DNA from: an uncultured Gammaproteobacteria bacterium
GTDB lineage: Bacteria; Patescibacteriota; Microgenomatia; UBA10105; UBA927
Assembly: GCA_964573695.1 (NCBI GenBank)
Contig: CAZNKB010000001.1
Coordinates: 132,497-196,496 of the forward strand
Reading direction: 5' to 3'
DNA length: 64,000 bases
Part shown: positions 58,980 to 64,000 of the stretch, piece after piece
Layout: each line of letters begins with the position of its first letter
How positions within the stretch are numbered: the first letter of the stretch is position 1
Program-made: the position numbers and the translations under genes
Notes under the pieces: generated by a model
What the model was told of the DNA's origin: nothing
The model's database searches: none
What the model saw: only the letters and a program-made list of their open reading frames with translations

Positions 58980-59588
58980 TTAAAGGGAGGCAAATCGTTT
59001 CTCAACGTGGCTCCAGTCAACGACATTCCACCACTGAGTGATATATTCTGCGCGGACGTTTTGATACTTGAGATAATATGCATGCTCCCACACATCCAGA
59101 CAAAGAATGGGATGCTTGCCTTCCATAAGCGGATTATCCTGATTGGGGGTATCGGAAATAGTAAGACTCCCCTTTTCCACATTTAACCATACCCATCCGC
59201 TCCCGAAGCGCCCCAATCCCGCGGACGAAAATTTTTCCTGAAACTGCTCGAAATTTCCGAATGCGGTATTTATCGCTGTGGCAAGAGCGCCCGCCGGAGT
59301 TTTTTGACGGGTAGCGGGCGGCCCCATAATATCCCAAAACATCGTGTGATTGACGTGTCCGCCCCCGTTGTTTCTCACTTTCATACGTATGGATTCCGGA
59401 ACTCGGGACAGATCACAAAGAAGCGCCTCTGCGGATTCTTTGAGTAAGGCATCCTGACCGGCAAGCGCGTCGTTTAAATTTTTGACATACGCTGCGTGGT
59501 GCTTATCATGATGGATCTGCATGGTCCGTTCATCTATAAACGGCTCGAGGGCACTATACGCATATGGCAACTCCGGAAGTGTAAACAT
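58980..59588 (-). CDS. sod: Fe/Mn superoxide dismutase
   Basis: LPELPYAYSALEPFID..TMQIHHDKHH...DVWEHAYY, the canonical Fe/Mn-SOD signature. Confidence 0.9.
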   Translation of the reverse strand: MFTLPELPYAYSALEPFIDERTMQIHHDKHHAAYVKNLNDALAGQDALLKESAEALLCDLSRVPESIRMKVRNNGGGHVNHTMFWDIMGPPATRQKTPAGALATAINTAFGNFEQFQEKFSSAGLGRFGSGWVWLNVEKGSLTISDTPNQDNPLMEGKHPILCLDVWEHAYYLKYQNVRAEYITQWWNVVDWSHVEKRFASL

Positions 59589-59627
59589 ACATGGTGCCTC
59601 CTTACTACATTATTATATAATGTCCCC

Positions 59628-61868
59628 ATGGCGATTCCTAGGACACAACCCAAACATATCGGTAAATGGATCTATACACGGCGCAAACTTGCTTTTTGGC
59701 TCCTCCCTGCGTTCCTGATCGGGGCATTCTATTGGGTAATCCTTCGCGATCTTCCCTCCCCTGCCAAGCTCGGACGCTATGATGTACCGATCGCGACAAA
59801 AGTCTATGACCGCAATGGCACGCTGCTATTTGACATCTTCGTGGGACAAAACCGTTCCCCTGTCCCGCTTGCCGACATACCCAAGGTCGTGCGCGATGCC
59901 ACTATTTCCATAGAGGACAAAAACTTCTATAAGCATTCGGGTATTAATCCTATCGGAGGAATCGTTCGCGCACTCTATGCTTCGATACTCAACAAAAAAC
60001 TCCAAGGCGGATCAACCATAACCCAGCAACTGGTCAAATCTGCCCTCCTCACCCCCGAACGCACCATAACGAGAAAGCTAAAGGAATTTTTGCTCGCTCC
60101 CACCGTCGAACTTCTTTACTCGAAGGATAAAATTCTCGAAATGTATCTCAATACAGTACCCTACGGGGGTACTGCCTGGGGGATAGAAACTGCCGCCGAA
60201 AAATATTTCGGCAAATCCATAAAAGAAGTGACGCTGGCGCAAGCCGCAATTCTTGCCGGGCTTCCACAAGCCCCAACGCTGTATTCGCCATTCGGAGCAC
60301 ATCCTGAACTCGCCAAAGAACGGCAGCTCGAAGTACTGCGCCGCATGACCGATGACGGCTACATTACCAAAGATGAAGCAGACGCTGCAGCAAGTGAACC
60401 TATCGAGTACAAGCAGGAAACGGGCATCCAGGCTCCTCACTTTGTGATGTATGTGAAAGAGCAGCTTGTACAAAAATACGGCGAAAGTTTGGTAGAGCGC
60501 GGCGGACTCAAGGTGACCACGACGCTGGATCTCGATCTTCAAAATTACACCCAAGCCACTGTCGCCGCCGAAGTTGCTAAGCTCAAAAATGTCCGGGTCG
60601 GTAACGGGGCAGCACTTGTCACCAAACCGTCTACCGGAGAAATCCTTGCTATGGTGGGATCGGTGGATTATTTTGCGACGCCCTCGGGATCATTTAACGT
60701 CACGACGGCACTTCGTCAGCCCGGCTCCTCGATCAAACCGATCAACTATGCAATCGGTATCGAAAACCATATCGTCACCCCCGCCACCATGTTTCTCGAT
60801 ATCCCCACCTGCTTTGCAAATGTCGTCGGTCAACCTGCATATTGCCCCCGGAATTACGACGGTAAATTCCGAGGCCCTGTACAACTTCGTTTTGCCCTGG
60901 GTAATTCGCTCAATATTCCCGCCGTCAAAATGCTTTATCTCAACACGGTCGCCGATATGGTTGCGTCTGCATCGGCGTTCGGACTGGATACGCTCACCGA
61001 CCCGTCCAAATACGGACTCTCTCTCACGTTGGGCGGCGGCGAGGTCCGCATGACAGACATGGCGGAGGCTTTTTCCGTTTTTGCAAATGCAGGACTACGG
61101 CATGATCTTGTGTCCATTCTCAAAGTCGTCGACAAAAACGGTACTGTACTCGATGAATACAAAGACCCCAACCTCGGCAAGGATATCCCCTCCCAACTAT
61201 TACTTACCGGTACGCGCGTCACCAGCCCGGAAACGGCGTTTCTTATTTCTCATATTCTGCTCGATAATAATGCGCGCATGGAAGCCTTCGGGCCAACCTC
61301 GTCGCTTGTTGTCCCGGGCCATGCGGTATCAGTCAAAACAGGAACAACAAACGATCTCCGCGACAACTGGACAATCGGATATACGCCGCAATTTTTGGTA
61401 GCTACATGGGTGGGAAACAATGACAATTCGCCCATGAACAATGCGCTCGTTTCGGGTGTTACCGGAGCCGCTCCCATTTGGAATAAGATCATCAAGCGGG
61501 TACTAGAAGGAAAGCCGGATATTTGGCCGAAACAACCGGACGGCATCGTTGGAGCACGGGTATGTACCACTACGGGACTACTTCCTCCCAATCAGCCCGG
61601 ATCGGAGAGTCAGGGAACAGATCCCGGCAACCAGCCGGATGACGTGCTCGGGTGTCCGACGCGATTCGAATACATTATAAAGGGAACAGCCGCCCGAAGC
61701 ACAAACACAAGAAGCATGGTTGCTATCGACAAAGCAACCGGAGATTTGGCACCCGCAAATCAGACCGATAACATCGAGATGCAAGAACATTCCATAGCCT
61801 GGGACGGTATTACCCGGTGGTGTCTTGACTGTGTACATCCCGAGGGTAAACCGGTCATCGTGAAATAG
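59628..61868 (+). CDS. Class A penicillin-binding protein (bifunctional glycosyltransferase/transpeptidase, PBP1A-type)
   Basis: GT51 motifs (EDKNFYKHSGIN, GGSTITQQLVK, RKLKEF), then TPase motifs SSIKP, S-x-N and KTGTT. Start chosen at the Met after the TM-proximal region (59628). Confidence 0.85.
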   Translation: MAIPRTQPKHIGKWIYTRRKLAFWLLPAFLIGAFYWVILRDLPSPAKLGRYDVPIATKVYDRNGTLLFDIFVGQNRSPVPLADIPKVVRDATISIEDKNFYKHSGINPIGGIVRALYASILNKKLQGGSTITQQLVKSALLTPERTITRKLKEFLLAPTVELLYSKDKILEMYLNTVPYGGTAWGIETAAEKYFGKSIKEVTLAQAAILAGLPQAPTLYSPFGAHPELAKERQLEVLRRMTDDGYITKDEADAAASEPIEYKQETGIQAPHFVMYVKEQLVQKYGESLVERGGLKVTTTLDLDLQNYTQATVAAEVAKLKNVRVGNGAALVTKPSTGEILAMVGSVDYFATPSGSFNVTTALRQPGSSIKPINYAIGIENHIVTPATMFLDIPTCFANVVGQPAYCPRNYDGKFRGPVQLRFALGNSLNIPAVKMLYLNTVADMVASASAFGLDTLTDPSKYGLSLTLGGGEVRMTDMAEAFSVFANAGLRHDLVSILKVVDKNGTVLDEYKDPNLGKDIPSQLLLTGTRVTSPETAFLISHILLDNNARMEAFGPTSSLVVPGHAVSVKTGTTNDLRDNWTIGYTPQFLVATWVGNNDNSPMNNALVSGVTGAAPIWNKIIKRVLEGKPDIWPKQPDGIVGARVCTTTGLLPPNQPGSESQGTDPGNQPDDVLGCPTRFEYIIKGTAARSTNTRSMVAIDKATGDLAPANQTDNIEMQEHSIAWDGITRWCLDCVHPEGKPVIVK

Positions 61869-62113
61869 CCCCTTGTCTCAGAGCCATATGACGTGATATA
61901 AAAAATGGCGCTATGACGCGCCGCAGCTCACAATCATCTGAGAAACCCCTTTTTTCTCCCATAACCCAAATTGTATTGTTTACTATTCTCTCACTTATCT
62001 CTATCGGAAACGGTCTGCGCGTAGTTATTTCTACGTTCATACGGATCGTCACGTCACTTACCGGTCATGTACTGACGTTAACACGGGAGGTAACCAGCGG
62101 AGGAACAAGCTGG

Positions 62114-64000
62114 ATGCATGAAAAATTCGCTCCGGTCGTCAAACATAACAAGCCCGGGCGCCCGAAACGGACGCGGTCTATTTCTCCTAAGCTATTTCTC
62201 ACTTGGGCCGATAAACGAATTACCCGGTTTATAACGTCAGTCACGGCGTTTGTTCCCACTCTTCGGCTGCCGCGCATTATCCTTCCCAAAATTACGATGC
62301 CGCGCTTTAGGTTCCCGAAAATTTCACTCCCGACAACTCCTCACGCCCCTCTCTCTCCTGCACCGATACCCCGCCGCACCAAACCGGTCTCCATAGCAGC
62401 AACGGCCTACACCAAAAAAACTCATGTGCAATCGTTTGTCGTCGGAGTCTTACTTACCGTAGGATTTATATTCCTGCCGTATAATGCATGGCTCTTCCTC
62501 AAATCGCTTCCAAACCCCCAACTCCTCACACAACGCGATCTGGAGGTAAGTACCAAAATTATGGACAGGAACGGCCAACTTCTGTATGAAATCTACGTAG
62601 ACCAAAACCGCACGCCGGTAAAACTCGAAGACATTCCACTCGTCGTCAAACAGGCAACCATTGCCATAGAAGACCAGGATTTTTATCATCATCCGGGTTT
62701 TTCCATACGTGGCATCCTTCGGGCGCTTTCTGAGATTACCATACACAAGCAAATTCAGGGAGGATCAACGATTACCCAACAATTGATCAAATCGGCATTA
62801 CTCACTCCCGAAGTGAGCGTCATACGGAAAACCAAAGAAATTATTCTTGCGTTTTGGGCGGAACGCATATTTTCGAAAGATCAAATATTTGAAATGTACC
62901 TAAACCAGGTTCCGTATGGCGGCACTACCTGGGGAATAGAAGCGGCCGCACAAACGTATTTTCATAAATCAGTGGCCCGGCTCACACTTGCAGAAGCCGC
63001 TCTTTTGGCAGGACTTCCGGCAGCCCCAAGCGAATATTCACCATTTGGCAGCCACCCGGAAAAAGCACTTGTCCGCCAGAGAGAAGTACTCGACCGCATG
63101 CAGGCAGACGGGTACATTACCGAAGAACAAAAACAACAAGCACTTGCCAGTCCGATACAATTTGCCCAACCGAGAATCGGCATCAGGGCGCCGCACTTTG
63201 TCATGTATATCAAGGACTTACTCGAAAAAACGTACGGCCCGAGACTTGTGGAGCGCGGCGGACTCCGGGTTATCACATCACTTGATCTTGCCATACAGGA
63301 AAAAGCCGAAGAAATAGTCAAAACGCACGTTGATTCGCTTGCTAACCTTCAGGTAGGGAACGGGGCGGCAGTGATCACGAACCCGAGAAGCGGTGATATT
63401 CTCGCCATGGTCGGAAGCCATGATTATTTCGACGTCGCACACGACGGAAACGTCAACGTCACAACAGCCATGCAGCAACCCGGTTCGGCCATAAAAGTTG
63501 TCACCTACGCCGCCGCCATGGAAACCGGCATGACTGCCGCCACCATAATAAACGATGCGCCCATTGTCTATCAAAATACCGGAAGCCCCGCATACGCTCC
63601 GGTCAATTATGACGGCAAATTCCACGGACCGGTGCCTCTTCGATACGCTCTTGCCAACTCCTACAACATTCCGGCAGTCAAAACGCTTGCGACGATAGGG
63701 CTGCCGGTCATGATGGAAAAGGCACAAAAAATGGGAATCGATACATGGGGAAATGACCCGAGTCGATACGGACTTTCGCTCACCCTTGGGGGCGCCGACG
63801 TCACCATGCTGGAAATGGCAAAAGTATACGGGACGCTCGCAAACATGGGCCAAAGCCAAAATCTGCGTCCGATACTCGAAGTAAGCGACTACACCGGAAA
63901 AGTAATGGAAGATCACCGCCCCAGCAAATCACGAGATGCCCTCAAACCAGAAGTCGCCTGGATAATTTCAAATATCCTGTCCGATAACAGTGCTCGTCAA
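62114..64000 (+). CDS. Second class A penicillin-binding protein (paralog), 3' end beyond the window
   Basis: Open frame from the ATG at 62114 to the window end (629 codons, no stop). EDQDFYHHPGFS, GGSTITQQLIK (GT51), then SAIKV and S-x-N (SYN). Long basic/Pro-rich N-terminal tail with an RLPRIILPKITMPRFRFPKISLP repeat. Absent from the ORF track only because it is unterminated. Confidence 0.8.
   Translation, partial: MHEKFAPVVKHNKPGRPKRTRSISPKLFLTWADKRITRFITSVTAFVPTLRLPRIILPKITMPRFRFPKISLPTTPHAPLSPAPIPRRTKPVSIAATAYTKKTHVQSFVVGVLLTVGFIFLPYNAWLFLKSLPNPQLLTQRDLEVSTKIMDRNGQLLYEIYVDQNRTPVKLEDIPLVVKQATIAIEDQDFYHHPGFSIRGILRALSEITIHKQIQGGSTITQQLIKSALLTPEVSVIRKTKEIILAFWAERIFSKDQIFEMYLNQVPYGGTTWGIEAAAQTYFHKSVARLTLAEAALLAGLPAAPSEYSPFGSHPEKALVRQREVLDRMQADGYITEEQKQQALASPIQFAQPRIGIRAPHFVMYIKDLLEKTYGPRLVERGGLRVITSLDLAIQEKAEEIVKTHVDSLANLQVGNGAAVITNPRSGDILAMVGSHDYFDVAHDGNVNVTTAMQQPGSAIKVVTYAAAMETGMTAATIINDAPIVYQNTGSPAYAPVNYDGKFHGPVPLRYALANSYNIPAVKTLATIGLPVMMEKAQKMGIDTWGNDPSRYGLSLTLGGADVTMLEMAKVYGTLANMGQSQNLRPILEVSDYTGKVMEDHRPSKSRDALKPEVAWIISNILSDNSARQ

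Noticed and set aside
61869-62113. 245-bp intergenic region between the two PBP genes, with small ORFs 61855..62052 and 62065..62289 on the minus strand
   Set aside because: Looked for a tRNA or terminator hairpin. Only short imperfect palindromes (tgacg...cgtca) and no convincing structure. The small ORFs lack RBS and motifs.

Overview
The window looks like a gene-dense chromosomal segment from a small-genome, Gram-positive-type (no outer membrane) bacterium, possibly a Patescibacteria/CPR lineage or a relative. The evidence is the short intergenic spacers, many surface proteins with C-terminal membrane anchors, FemAB and LCP envelope genes, a type IV pilus PilN/PilO-like cluster and a B12-dependent class II ribonucleotide reductase. 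The taxonomy is inference only.

Recognisable housekeeping content:
- hrcA-grpE-dnaK (dnaK truncated at the window start) with a near-perfect CIRCE operator.
- groES-groEL with a degenerate CIRCE and a clean terminator.
- rpsT, murJ, tpiA, metG, tatD, tsaD, idi, sod, nrdR-nrdJ-pduO with NrdR-box-like sites.
- Two tandem class A PBPs (the second runs off the window end), an M23 peptidase, an LCP protein, two FemAB-like paralogs, a GapN-like aldehyde dehydrogenase and two UvrD-family helicases, one fused to a RecB-type Fe-S nuclease.
- An envelope-glycan cluster: processive GT2, GT-C, small membrane protein, MraY/WecA-like GT4 and UbiA-like prenyltransferase.

The most unusual region is 41.9-48.7 kb. 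It contains an 80-bp perfect tandem duplication plus a 36-bp direct repeat with internal inverted complementarity. Next to it sits a compact minus-strand gene set: an ATP-grasp-like enzyme, a VirB4/VirD4-type ATPase carrying a novel N-terminal membrane-anchored domain, a 148-aa proline-rich protein and a 670-aa protein with no recognisable domains. I consider this a candidate uncharacterised DNA-transfer, secretion or defence island.

No rRNA, tRNA or CRISPR array was recognised. All protein calls rest on motif recognition by eye in the supplied translations, not on database searches.
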